Assembly: GCA_012295275.1 (NCBI GenBank)
Contig: CM022672.1
Location: 26,164,001-26,228,000, forward strand
Length of the DNA stretch: 64,000 bases
Origin: Chrysomallon squamiferum
Lineage: Eukaryota; Animalia; Mollusca
Direction: 5' to 3'
Part shown: piece by piece, positions 46,531 to 61,126 of the stretch
How the letters are laid out: each line of letters starts with the position of its first letter
Position numbering within the stretch: position 1 is the first letter of the stretch
Notes under the pieces: model-generated
The model's input: only the letters and a program-made list of their open reading frames with translations
Told to the model about the DNA's origin: nothing
The model's database searches: none
Position numbers and translations under genes: made by a program

Positions 46531-49500
46531 ATGTCTTCAGAGGTACAAATATTCATATATTTTATATAATAATAACTACAGAATACCTTAGGCGATAAAT
46601 AAATATCTGGGATTAGTTAACAATAATTCCATTTTGCACTGATGTAATACTAATAGTTGCAATTGTTTGACAAATGCAAGTAGTAACATGTTTAGCATTC
46701 CCGGGCTAACTTTTACTTATGTTAAACATGACGGACAGGTCTTACGGTTTGTTCGATATTTCTGCGGCTATAAGAACATTTTAAATATTCATGTTTTGGA
46801 AAACGTTTCTTTTTACTTTTCTGTATTATAATTTATATAATACGATTATGTGTATTGCTATTTTATATTGATTTATCGAAGAAAAATAACCTATAGTAAC
46901 AGTGTCCTATATAAATAGGTATACAGTGAAAACTGCAAACAATATTTTATAATTAATACTTAAGTTTATGCATAATTACTAATATGTACAGTGCATTTAG
47001 ATTTTAACACCTGTCATTTTTGTAAGTAATTAAGCAAATAACTATTTATGTAAATAAATGAAAATAATGCTTTAGATAATTATATTCCATGCACAAACCT
47101 TTTTTTTAATATAGTAATTTGAGTTTAAAGACAATATGGCACAAATGTCAGTATTCTTATTTTATTTAGTATAAATAAGTCAAATATATTTCATTACCAG
47201 TATAAAGATATAAAAATATCCATTTTTTTGCACTTTTAAATCATTACTGAGATGTTAAGAAATGAACACTGAGGGTTGGTTTGATACAAATGCATTCAAT
47301 AATACTCATTAGAATAATTCATTGACTTTGCTAGAAAACACAGATTTTGTCCTTTTAAATTTAATTACAACTATTTTTACTTGTTATTTTATTTTTTATT
47401 TTAAAGTTTGATGAATCCCAGTGGTTTGATCTGCAAGTAGATTCAGATTCAGAACTTGATGATATCCATCAGGAACAACAAGGATCTTCTTCGTCAAGAA
47501 CTTTTCAAAATGCAAACACACACTTATCCTCAAATCAAGTTCCTGTGACAGGTTCTGAATCACATCTTACAAATCACAGTCAGAGTCATGCTTGCACTAC
47601 TCAGAACACATCAACAACATATAGTTCAAATGCATCCCAACTGAGTGAACAAACCCTTCCTCTCACAAGTCACCATCATACATCAGACTTTATTTGTCAT
47701 CACAACAACTACAGTTTAAAACCTAACATACAAACACCAGTCTCACACTCTGGGAGAAACAGCAGTTTGAGTCAGTGCAGTCTTCATACAGCAGGTCACA
47801 CGTCATCTGTCTCACACACTCCCTTAACAAATAATTCAAGTAATCTGTGTAGACACAGCACCATCTCCACTGAGTCTCTCTTATCACAGCATACCAACAG
47901 TACTCAAAATATATTACAAAATACTTCAAAAAACATCTCAAACAGTTTGAGTCAGTACAGTCTGCCGTTGAGTACACATTCAACCCGGACTGAACATTTG
48001 CCAACAATGAACATTATTAATGGAGAACAGAACTCTTTAATGGATGATACATCTATGCAGGTAATACTGGGTGTTTATTCAAGGACATAATTAATGTTTT
48101 TCCTTTGTCAGTGTAGAAACCAGTATTAAAAGTGTTAATAGATTCTGATAATATATATATATCTGATGCATTTTTTAATAAATCTATATTTTATCTAATA
48201 TTTAAATTAATAGTAATATTAAAGAAAATGTGTTATGAGTTTATATAATTTTTATTATTTTTTACAGTTTTGTTGTTTCATCTAATTTAAATAACAGTAC
48301 ATTAAAGCATTTTGAAAAATGAATGATAAATAATTACTATAAGAAATGACAAAACAGTAATTTTTTATGTTTTCAGTTCCACACCCTTTTAGCAGATAGC
48401 AGTCAAGATTCATCCTCACAGCTGTCAAATGGTCTCCATGGTTACTCTGCTGATCATGCATCAAAAGGTATTATTCGTAACAGAAGTGCATTTTATTTTT
48501 ATATGAACATGCATTTGAAAAACTCATGTTTCAAAATGTTAATAATCTTTTCACATCGTCAAACAATAATATTTTATCAAATGAGAAAAAGGTTAAAAAG
48601 TATAAGTCACTGCAAATAAAAATGTTCTTAATTATAAAAATACTATGTTTGCTTAAGAATGTGAAATAAAAGTTTGTATATATTGACACTCTTTATCAAC
48701 AATTCAGGTCTCAGTTTGAGTGAACATCCTTTAGAAAATCTGTCAGGGTCACCTACCAGTGATCATGCAGCTTCAGAGGATAACAGTGAATGTCAGGAAG
48801 TTGTGCACAGTGCCATTTCAGAAGTTTCCAAAGATTTCTTAACAGGAAACTTTTCAAGAAGTGACTTGCCAGTGTTAGAAAGTGACAGTACACAGGTGTC
48901 ATCAGATGATGATGTGAAGCTGGCTGAGAGATCCATTCATGGGAAATACCCTGAAACAGCTGCAGGCATGTCAGACAGTGACTGGAACCCTTATGTCACT
49001 GAGTCAGACAGTAATGCCAGCCCACGTGTGGACGTCGCTAGTTCTAATGTCAAAGTTACACCTAAGTTTTCTCCTCTTTTATCCAGCATGGATTTGGGAG
49101 CATCAACATTAATGTCTGTAACAAGTAGTGCCACTAATGGATCTAACATTGATAGATACAAATATACTAATGGTCACAATCTGACAAGAAGTGATCAAAA
49201 CCTTAGGAGTTTTCTCGGAAGAAATGTGGAAAAAAACCATTTAGAATCTTTACAGCAGCAATGTTTAACATCTGAGGCAGTCATGATGCAGAGAGGAGAA
49301 GCAGTTTCAAAGGATTATGCTATTGGAGCACAACATGCTGCAACGTATCTGACAAAATCTCATGTCACTGATAATGAAGAAACACCATCTGATGTTAACT
49401 CAAATAGTGCAGAGATACAATTGGATAGTATCAAAAAAGAATCTGTGTTGGATTCAGCTGGTGTTGTTTCCCCAAACTATTCTAATTCAAATGCCAATCT

Positions 49501-52500
49501 TGTTAAGGAGATGTCAGGTCAGTCTAGAGAAGGATATTCTATGTTTTCAGATTCTGATTACAGAAATACTTACTCTAATTGCCAAACTGATCAGACATCT
49601 GAATATTTATCTCCAAACCGCACTTTGACATCTGGTGAAAACAAGATTGTAGATGACAACAATGTATTGAAAAGACAAGCAGAGGATAATCTTGAGAGAA
49701 AAGAAACCTATCGTGAGCATCATAATGATTTTACTGAACCTAAACCCACTGATGCTTCTCTAGGTTATGCTCTGTCTCAGACTTACAAAGCAAATAATTC
49801 TACCAGTACTTACTCTACCACCAGCAGGGAAGTTCAGCACATGTTGGATAAAGAAAACAGTAAAGTTAAACAGGTGCAACTAAATACAAATGGTGAGGGT
49901 ATTCTTAAAACACGAGTAGATGATATTTTAACAAAGACATCATATCTTGAAGCTGACTCTGAAGCTGAGTTTATGGGAACTGGTCAGTGTCAGTACGGTA
50001 CAGGTAGTCTTCCTAGTTCCATAGATTATAGACAACTTCATCAAGATTTGCAAGAAATACAAAAATCACTTCACAATTTTTCTGATCAGGGTGACTCTGA
50101 ATCAGGGAGTGAATGTTCTCTCAAACTGGGTAGTAGAGATGCATCTTTTACATTACCTGGTTCTTGTAAAGAAGGAACAATCATTCCTAGTCCTACTACA
50201 ACACCAGATCGCATCCCTAAACAGCATTTCAGAGACGATAGAGAGCAGGAACAGGCTTTGAGAATATCACAGGAGGATGACACTGATCAGTCAGATGATA
50301 TAAGAAAATATGAACAGTCAGGACAGAATGGTAAAAAATCATCACTTTATAATTCAGAAGGGGAGGAAACTCAAGGATCTTCCAGCAGCACCAAAGGGGA
50401 GTCGGATTCAGGGCAGAGAACACCGACATTGACAAGTCAACAAAGCCTGGGGGTGACACATGATGTGGATGAGTTTCTTCAAAATGTTCGTTACCAGCGA
50501 GGTCTCATTCTGTCACAAAATTGTAATTCAGTTGTGTCTGGCATGGCTGACCAGATTTCTCACATTCTTCATCAGGAAAATCCAAGCACACAAGCACATG
50601 GCATTTTGCAAGAAGTGGATGCACAAGAACAAGAACTGACTAAACATATTTCATTTCGACGTTCCGCTGATTTCAGTTTCACAGATACTTCCACAAACAA
50701 CTCCCAGGGCAGTTTGATCATCACAGATGAAGATATCAGAAAAAAACTACATCTGTCAGGTCTCAGTTCACTGGACACCACTTCTTGCAGTGAAGGATTT
50801 TCTGATCTTTCAATGTATGATCGGCCAGGAAGCCCATTTTCTGCTTTTAAGGAAGCCAGACGGTTTATGTCAAAGCAGATGGAAATGGTTGCAGAAAGAA
50901 GTTTCAATCACAGTATAGAGTTGAGAACTCCATACAGAAGTGTTTTGTCCACATATCCTGTGTATGGCTTTAAGAAAGATTCTGATGCAGGTTCACGGAG
51001 GGGCAGAAAGTATGAACACTTTGGTGTGAGAGAAGCCTGGCAGCGACTACATTCTGACAGATCATCAGAAGAAAATACTGATAGGTGAATCAAACTATGT
51101 TGGATATTAATCTAGATAAATATAAATAATTATGTTTGAACTGATTAATAATAAATTGAATCTAAGCTTTAATGCACGTGCATTATAAGTTAATATTAAT
51201 TAACAGTGATGTTTTTGTTTTTGATATACAACATACATTGAAATTAATGTTGACTGGTTCTCTCTGTAGAAATCCAGAAGGTATGTCTTCATTACCAGGT
51301 GAAAAATCTAAGCTACAACAAACTGTAGATGAGAAACAGTCAGCTGCTTCTCTTCCAGAAAGGTAAATCAAATTAAAAATCTTATTTAAGGAATGCAGAC
51401 AGTTACATTTTTTTATCCTCTGTGAAATAACAACTAGAAATAAAATAAGTAATAATATCAAATATTTAATGTAGTATTGTCAGTTTATTTGTATTATTTT
51501 ATTTTGCTTTAATTTAAAAAAAATTTTTTTTACAGAGAATACCGGGAAGTTGAAAAAGAAATTTGTCTCCCTGTCTCTGGTGATCATGTGGACACTGAAT
51601 TGAATTATTCCTTTTCAGAAAGGCGAATGGCATCTTCACCTGCAGGGTACAGATTTACTAAACTTTAAATTTTTGTTAAAATATAGCTGTAGTTTAGCTA
51701 ATCTTAATTGTTCTAAAAATGATCTCTATTTTGTATTATTATTATTTTTTATTTCGGAATAGATGTTAAATTTTTGCAGTGCAAATGTATTCAAAATTAA
51801 TATAGCAATTTCTGTACTCCTCTATTGATAAAACATTCAGAATGAAAAATGACTGAATTCAGAATCACCTTTCTAGGATCAGTAAATAAAAACATTCTTG
51901 TCTGATGACAACTTGTGATGTTTACAGAAACAGAACTGTTAATATATTTGTTTTTTTGCTTATTAATTCTTTAGAGAAACTATTCACACTGAAGAAAAGG
52001 CACCAGCTGCTTCTTCCCTCCCTCTTACACATATAGAACAACAAAATGAACCTCCTCGTAAGAAAACTTATTTGAAAGCAACTAATAAAATTATATTTGT
52101 AATTTGAGACAGCTAAAGCATATTAACGTTTGCTACTTTGTTTACAGTGTAACTGACTAAATAGAATAGATATTGTTAATATTTTTATTATTATTGGTAA
52201 TAGTATTGTTGTTGTTGTTATTGTTATTATTACAGCTATTGGCATATATGTACTTCATGTACTGTAAGAAAAAATAGTAAGATAAATGGGCTTATTATCA
52301 TTATTATATGAAATAAATTAATTTTCCATGTAAACTGATGTAAAATACAATTACTGATTCAGTTCTTTATTACATATTAAGAGAATTCTGACGTTATTTA
52401 TTAACACTGTTACATTTAATTTTGTTTTCAGAAGTATGTGACACCAGTGGCCCCAGTAGTTATGCAGTAATCTCCCCTATTGATTCAGATGGCAGTTCAG

Positions 52501-55500
52501 GACGGCGTAGGGACAGATTCAGACCATATAGGTATTTAAAATAAAATAAAATATAATAATAATAATAATAATTTTATAAATAGTTAATATAAACAACATA
52601 AAATAAATAAATAAACAACACTTAAGTTAAAATTTCCAATTTCTATTTATTTTGTAGGCCTGCTGGAAGTCGTGACTTGTACTATACTGAAAGTGACACA
52701 GCTGACAGTGTCACTACTATGGAGAGCACACATACAGGTAACCAACACATTTCTTTAACTGAGAGAAAAATAAATTGTTCTAATAATCTGATCATCATAA
52801 AATGATAAAATAAATCTGATGAACAGTATGCTGTAGAAAATCATTTATATTTTTATTGATACATAATTGTTAGACTAATTGTTAGTGTCCTGATACAAGG
52901 TCGTACAGAGGTAGCCGGTTTTAATAATAATAATGAAAATAGCAATATATATAAATGAAAGTGACATCAGAAAGTATTAGCAGATAAAAATGCCATATAT
53001 TTTACAAGACTGATTTATGTGTGTATGAAGATTAAAATTTACATGAAACAAGAACTCATCACACGATTATGTTGTTAAGGTTCTGATGATGCTGTTCCAC
53101 CAAATTTCCCTTCTCATATTCTTGGATCCCGCAAAGATCCGCAAATATTATCTGCTGGTATTTATGGAACAAAAACACAGGCTGAAACACACACTGCATC
53201 AGGAATAGCGTTGTCTACCATTGAAGAAAGATCTATTGTGGTGAGTTAAATCTATGTTTTAACTGGAAAATTATATATAGTAAAGGAAAATTTGTTTATA
53301 TAATAATTTTTTTTTTTTTATCAGTATTAATAAAATTGTTTTTAAAAAACCCCTTAATGTTTTCAAGATATGGTTATGTTGGTTTTGTGTTTTTTGTTTG
53401 TTTTTCTTCTCTGTGATGTCAAATAATTATTGTAAATTATATCTTCGTTTAATAATTGTTATTTCCAAATCAAGTGGTTTTTCCTTACTGTGTACAGAAT
53501 GAAATTACGAAAGAAGAAAAATACACCTTTCAGGCATCTTTAATGAAGAATTTTTTTTAAATATGGACTTTGCTGGAAGGAGTAGTTGTTTCTTATTATT
53601 ATTTAACATTTTAAATCCATAATTACATTTTGAGATTTCTGTTTCAGGATGAAAGGGAAAGAATACTAACTACTGTTGGAAGTAGCAGATCCATGAATGA
53701 AAATGCATCTGCCTTAAATAGTAAGAGTCAAAATGTAATTGATACAAGAGGCAGTCAGGAGAAGGGTGTTGATGTCTCAAATTCCAGAGGTCAAGAAAGA
53801 ACAAATGTGGGGTCATCATACAGCGACTCAAGACTGCTTTCCATGCAAGGAAGTAATTTTGAAACTTACAACAGAAAAGATTTAGGTTCAGATACTCAGA
53901 GAGATGCCCATACTGAATTCAGACTTGAAAACAAATCCCCAGCACAAACCCAAAGTAAAGAAAACAGTGGAGAAAAAAGGGAAATAAAGGAACAAGAAAT
54001 TAGTACTAAGAATGTAGATAAAAGACAAGATGCAGTGACTGTGAGAGACAGTGCTACAAGCCCTATAATAGCTTACTCAACAGAGTGTGTGAAAGAGACA
54101 TCATCAGCAGCAGTGCAGACAACTTCTCTTACTTGTCCTTCCAAAAGTGTGTCCAAAACATCCAGCATGGAAAATGAATCTTTTGGTTCTTTTGATTTGA
54201 AGACAACTTACACAGATGCCAGAGCATACAGGTCATTGTTAGATGACACACAAGTTGATCAGGAAAATGGCAAGATTGCCGAGAGCAGAAGACAAAGTTC
54301 TGGTCCACATTCGACTAAAGCATTGTCTGACTCATCTCTGTTTGAAGCTGATGTTCCTAGAAACACAGCATCTGAATCACCTTCTCATCCATCTGTTGTG
54401 TTTTCCACTGCCTCACCTCACCCCACACATACAGCAGTTCCCACTTCTACAGCAATGAACTCTTTTCAGCAAGTCAGCAGCCAAAATTACTTGTAAGAAT
54501 AATTTTTTTTCAACACTGACTTGTTATTACTCAGTTCTTTTCTTTAAAAAAAAAAAATTCCTATATCTTTCTATTATGCTTTATAACTTTACGGTATTGG
54601 ATATAAATGTTTTTATGTTACCCATTTGTTTATTTTAAGTGTAACATTTTGATGGTTGTAAAAGTTGAAATTTTCTGTTTTGTAGACTGGAGGAGACAGA
54701 CAGACAGTCAGTTATGGAAAAAGAAGAACATACAAAACCTGAACTAACTCAAAATCGTCGACCTCGTACTGGTAGATCGGAATTACGAGACAGGATTGCA
54801 CAGGAGAGAAACAGTCGGTAAGTTGATGACTTACAGTTAATGTTCAGTTTCTTATATCTGATAATAAAATGGAAATTTTGAAATGACTTGAATTTGACTG
54901 TTTCTGAATGAAGTATCCATCAAAATTTTGTAATATCTATTAATTATCTTTTAAAATAGTTAAGTATTAATTGTGTGAAGTATATTCAAGATATTAATTA
55001 TGTTTGAAATATGATCAATAATGAGGGAAAATCGAACAAAAAGGTCTGCATGAAAATCTGTCAAACCATACTTTTCAACTACTCATAAAGGCATCATTCT
55101 GATGTTGAGTAACATAAAATTTTCATTTATTTATTTTTATTTATTTAAAGCAATAATTTACTGACTGGTTAAGTTTTGTCAACATTTCTGCTTATGAAAT
55201 AATTGTGATGTAGAGATAGATGTTGATACTTTTCAAATTTAACATGTTATTTTTGTAGCCTGCCTAACAACAGCACATCAGAGGAAGAAGTTGAACAGAA
55301 TATTGACAAGACACCGATGAGTCGAAAAGCACAACTACTGCGTCAGACTCTGGAGCAGGAGATAGATCTGACCATTGCTCCAAACATCAATACAATGTGG
55401 CAGAGATTCCAAGAACTGAATTCTACGGAGACAGACAGCACCATGAACACGTCACGCATGGAGACCCTAGTACAGCTGGTACGCAACCCAACCAAACACA

Positions 55501-57647
55501 CAATTCAGATGCATCTGGACCAGAAAGAACAAGGCAGAAAAGAGAATGAAGAAAAGTTTGCTGAAAGACGTGAACAACAGAGGAAAGAAGTAAAACATTA
55601 TGATAGTCAGAAATCAGAAGTTAAAAATTCCAAACTGCATACATCACAGGATTCTGACTTTTTGTATTCAATCCCTGAAGACAGTTTTGGAACGCCTTCA
55701 AAAAGGAAAAGTCCTAATAGAAAGCAGGAGGTAACCATGGATCCTCACATGAAAAAACTTCGGGAAAAAATCCAAAGGCAGAAAGATAAAATTGACAAAG
55801 AGAGAAAGAAAGAACTTCGACGCATGGAAAAACTGATGAAGCTGCAACAGCTTCTGAAAGCCAAACGCAAAGGTCAGATTTCTAATCATGTTTTATCTCA
55901 AAGCATTGATGAGATTTCTTCAACCTCTATACCAACAGAATCGTCCACTGAGGTGACCAGCAATGAGTCAACCATAACAGCTTCATCAAGCATGTCGGAC
56001 ACACCAACAGAAGAAACAACAGCCAAGGACAGCAGCGTTGAATTACAGTTGGCTAAATTAGCAAAAGATGAAGATTTCACTTTTGAAGACACTACCTTGA
56101 TAGACAATTTGTATAAAGAAGCTGTTCGAAAACATTTTCATTCTAAAGATAAAAACAGATCTGAGCATTACAAATTAAGTGACCAGTTAAATCAAAATAA
56201 TCAGAAAATAATGGAAGATGACCTTACTTCTTTTAAGGAGAATATCAAGAGCCTTGAAGATTTGTTTCACACAAGATCTAGAGGAGACCAGAGGCAGAAA
56301 CCAAAAAGAAATTCTTCCAGATCTGGAAAAAAGTCTGTAAGTGGGTCTGTGCTAAAGGGTCAGAATGTGGGCTATTTCTCATCCCGCAAGGAAAGAAAAA
56401 CTAGAGATGTTGGAACTATTGTTCCTACACCTAAAAGAGCTGATTTCAGAAGTAGAGAGAGAAGAACAAGAAATGAAGATGAGTCAAGATACAGCACATT
56501 TGACGACAACACTCCAGTGATCTCCATCCCTGTTGTCAAAAAGACAAATCGAAGTTCTTCTCCTGGATTTTCAACAAGATACACACCTGAAGAACAAACA
56601 AATACATCTATGACACACAGAAGGAATAAACATGTCTCAAGTAAGCGAACATTTAACAACAGATTTGATCAGTTTTATTATTTATCAGAAAGAAAAATAA
56701 ATGTTACTCAGAAGCTCTTTTCTGTTAAATTTATCTGTTCTTTCATTTTTGTTTTCATGTATTTGAAACATATAACATATATTTTCAGTAATTTGTAACC
56801 TGTTTGCAGAATTTTCTTTTCATGTTTAAAAGGATTATTTCTTCTTCTTTTTTAACAAAATAGTTTGAATCAAAATGATAGTAATAATATCTAATAACTT
56901 CACGAAATTTATATGACACTATCATGTATTGTTTGACATTTTTTCTATTGAATGTTAATTTTATTTTGGGAATACAGAAGGTATTGCATGGTTTGTTGAT
57001 CTGAAAGATGATCAACCGTGGAAGAAAAAATCACTGACAAAGGATAAAAAATGGAGGCCAACAGAAAAAGAGGAATTTACGTGGAGGTCACCTCTGAAGG
57101 AACGTCAGGAGAGAGTGAGAGAAGTTGTTGACACTAGGCCTGTAGTTAAACACTATGAAGAACTATCACAGAAAGAACCAGTAAAAGAAATATTCTCAGA
57201 AACAACCGATACAAAAACTCTTCAGGTTAAAAACTAATAATAATTGTACATGCATTTATATAAGAGTCCAATATACAATATCTGGTGCTCTCTATGCAGC
57301 CGTATCTCAGACATAGGACTTTACAAGCTAACTGTTAAATTATTGTTACAAATATTAACTGATAGTGTTAAGTAAATTAAGTCATAAAATATATTTGTGT
57401 TGAACTAGATTGAGTGTGTCATAATTTCATTGTGGCTTAACACAAATATTTCAGACTGACAGTGTATGAAGTTTAAGATAAGTCAAGTTTACAGCATTTA
57501 AATCACAGTTAACATAAAATAAATTTTTATTAGCAAAAGATAACTTTTCTTCAATGGTAAATAACTTGGGTAAAAACAGTATAAATATGTAAGGATGAAT
57601 TGATTAGTTAAATGTACATTGACATAAATGGATACATGCACTGATTG

Positions 57648-57700
<53 letters not shown>

Positions 57701-60684
57701 GATATTTTGATTGATGAGTTTGTGTATAAAAGAATTAATGATTTTGAAATTTATTTTTTATGTAATACGTTTCAATTTCAGGAGGTTTTTGCTGAACGAA
57801 TGGCGTGGTTTATTTCCCGATCAAGAGAACGGCAGAAGAGAATGGAATTAGCTTCCAGGGAGCGCCGCATGCAAGAACTGTTTCATCTAGAACATGAAAA
57901 ACTGTTTGGAGACCAGAAAAGGAATCTTCACTTCAATGTGGATGTTCATCCTTTGAGTGGTAATTGACTATGTTACATCATACGCTGAAAAGACATGTTC
58001 TGTAGTTCATTAGTGGAGTGTTAGAGAACGTCCATCATATAATAATCTCTCTTAGTAAGCACAGAGTATTTCTTATTACTTCAAGTAGGTGATAATAATT
58101 TTATTCTTTGTCTTTTAATCAAATTTTAATGAAATATTTACCAAAATACACATTATTAGTAACAGCCACATTTTTTTTTTTTTCAGACAAACATTACAAG
58201 CCAGAAAAAAGAATTTTGACACGCAGTGAACAGAAGGAATTGACAGAAAAGTGAGTGTAACCTAACATTTTGTTTATTTAGTGTGCATTCAGTTTGGCCT
58301 TAAAAACAAAGCATTTTTATTGCTAATTTTTTAAACAAAACATCTCTGCAGTATTGACATTATTTAATATATCTACAGGGTTAAATAATCTTACATAAAA
58401 ACATTGATTGGATGGGTAAAATATTTAATTTCTTTCTGTATTCATATTTTAATTTTTTTTTTAATTATAATTTTTTTGGCAAATTGTTTTTTAATGTGTA
58501 TAATGAAACAGTTGCAGAAATTTCATCAGAAATTTGCCCAAACCTGGTCAACGGTATGCATAAATATTGTGTCTTTTTGTACCATCACTGAACTTTTTCT
58601 GTTGAGCTTTGTGCATGTACTTTTAAAAAAAATATATACTTTTGCATGGAAATACAGTATGTAATAAGTTATAAAATCTTTGCTTATGGCAGATAATAAC
58701 ATCAGAAATAAATTCTAAAATGTAAAGCAGAACTCATACTAGATTATGGATGCTAACACTTGCTATTATTTGGTAGAATTATATACTAGCTAGATCATAG
58801 ACTTGTAGGTCTGTTGAAGACTGTTTAGTAGTTTATCCTATTTTTTTTAAATGTGTATTTTAAGAAAACAGTTCTGTAGTTTAGGCTACTAAAACATATA
58901 ATATTTTTACATACTGCTTTAATGTTGATATTTAAAACAAACTCAGGAACAATAACGTTTTTTTTTGTTTTTTTTTACTTTCTCTTTGATAAATTTACAT
59001 TCAGCCCCCACAAAACAAATTAAATAATTTAAAAAAATAAAAAATGTCTGACATTGCTATTTTTATAACCAACTAGAAGAAAAACATTGTATTTATCTTT
59101 TTCTTTCCATTCATTAAGCTAAGTATTAGATGTAGTTTAAAAAGTAAGTAACCTGGGAAATAATACATTAAAAAAGAAAAAACTGACATAATTTACTCTG
59201 TTGTTTTAAAATTACCTTAAAAGATTATTAGATTACCTGAGAAAATTTCAAAATTTTATATCTGGCCATGCAATAAAAGGCTAATTTCTAAAATTCAGCA
59301 TATCAGTGTGGATTAATGAGTGTTCACAGTTTGCACTGTATGTTGCTGCATATCACAAGATGTACTGCAGGAGTTATAAAATAATAAAAAATAAAGACTA
59401 CACATTCACTGTTTGTTTAGTTACTATTCTTTTAAAGAATACTGATTTACTTAAAATGATACACTGGTAGTGATTATGAGTTTTGTTTCACTTTAATATA
59501 TATGCTTTTTCTCAAAATATATATTATTAGACTAATATTTACTTTTTAATGATACATATAAAATCATATATTGGTTGTTTTATTGTTTAATAGCCATCGT
59601 TATTTTCTGTTTTTTTATTAATAATAATCATGTGTATGCTATTTATAAAATTGTCAGAAGTGATATATTTTATTTGAAAGTATATTTTTGATTATGAACA
59701 AGTTTTCAAGGTTTTAAACCGAAATTTGATTGACTGATTTCTTTGGGTTTTTCAATTTCTCCAATCCAGTTTCAAAAAAAAAAGAAAAAAAAAAAAAAAA
59801 AGTTTTACCCTTTTCAGTATAACTCAACATAACTTTACAAATAATTTAATTTTCATTTTATATTCAAACTCATTTTTGTTGAAATATTTCTGGAAGGAGT
59901 AACTTTTTTCAAAAAAACCTTCAAGAATATATTCCAGATATGAATACTTATAAAAATATATTTTGATTACTTTGCCAAAAATTAAAATTTGATTATTCTC
60001 ATTAGTATATTTTCAGAGTAATTGTTTAGTAAAAATGTCAAATTACATTGGCACACACAATAATATATATCACACATATTTTTCTTTACAGTTTTAAGAT
60101 AACCTTTTTGCTTTAAAAAAAAAATATATATACACAATTTAAGGTGTGTAGTACAGGTTTCCTGATTAATTAGTAATTTATTTCTGTGGATATTTCCATT
60201 TTTTAATGTGCTTATTTGTTTTTAATGTGGAAGTTCTGTTAATGATAATAATTGTTACTGATTACAGAATTTACAAACAGCTACCTGAAGTAGTGAACAG
60301 GAAGAAACAGAGAAGAGTTGAGTACCAGAAACAACTGAACAGACTTAAAGCTCGGCTTTTCAACAAGGTAACAAATTAACTTGATAAATCAACAAGGATA
60401 TTTCAACACATAATTGATGATTATTATAATTTGCAGTTGGGGCACTCTTTTCAGCAAAATAAAATATAAAATAACAAATGAATTACAGCATATGTATATT
60501 AACTTAGGTATCAGATGCAATGGCATTTGCAGTGATGATGTTAAAGAAGAAATGTTAATAATTAGCAAAACGTGTTTTAGATTAACCTTCCCAGACACAG
60601 GAAAATACTCATCATGGCATATGATAAACTAGTCATGAAAAATGGAAACAGATTAAAGTGGTTTGTTTTTTGTTTAGATATATT

Positions 60685-60716
<32 letters not shown>

Positions 60717-60976
60717 TTATTTTATTATTTATTTTATCATTTAAGTAGTGAAGGTAACATGTTAACATCAGTTGTTTATGTAAATGCTGTTAATAAGAAA
60801 ATAAAACAGAAGAGTCCACTTCATTTCCAACATAAATTATTTAATTAATATTATCATTTATAAAAAAAACTAACCAGGCTGTGATTTTCTTGTATTATGA
60901 GTTTCAGAAACCCATTTTTCTATTTTTACAGAAAATACAAAAGCAAGTTTTGAGAAAAGCTGGTATACTGGCATGA
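46531..60976 (+). CDS. ALMS1: Alstrom syndrome protein 1 orthologue (centrosome/basal body), ~2250 aa, 18 exons
   Basis: Exons 46531-46542 (MSSE; least certain), 47407-48060, 48377-48467, 48708-51084, 51270-51362, 51536-51646, 51975-52057, 52432-52531, 52658-52737, 53080-53240, 53648-54492, 54686-54817, 55259-56640, 56978-57225, 57782-57959, 58187-58250, 60268-60367, 60932-60976 are in frame. ALMS1 blocks: PYRPAGSRDLYY..TTMESTHTGSDDAVPPNFPSHILGSR, GIAWFV, and C-terminal ALMS motif TLQEVF..FISRSRERQKR...KIYKQLPEV...NRLKARLFNKKI. Confidence 0.88.
57650..57702. repeat. (GA)n microsatellite in an ALMS1 intron
   Basis: Directly visible. Confidence 0.93.
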
Positions 60977-61126
60977 GAAATATTTCACTTGTACAGCCAG
61001 ACTGTGGTGAAAAACCAATCTGTGATAACCGTGTCTGTGATATAGATTACATACTAATTGTTCTAACTGATATATAATAAGAATTTACATCATTTGTTGT
61101 CATATGTTCCCATTGCAAACATAATA

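Noticed and set aside
48674-56798. 804-, 288- and 493-aa ORFs as separate genes
   Set aside because: Bounded by splice sites with compatible phases; they are large internal ALMS1 exons.
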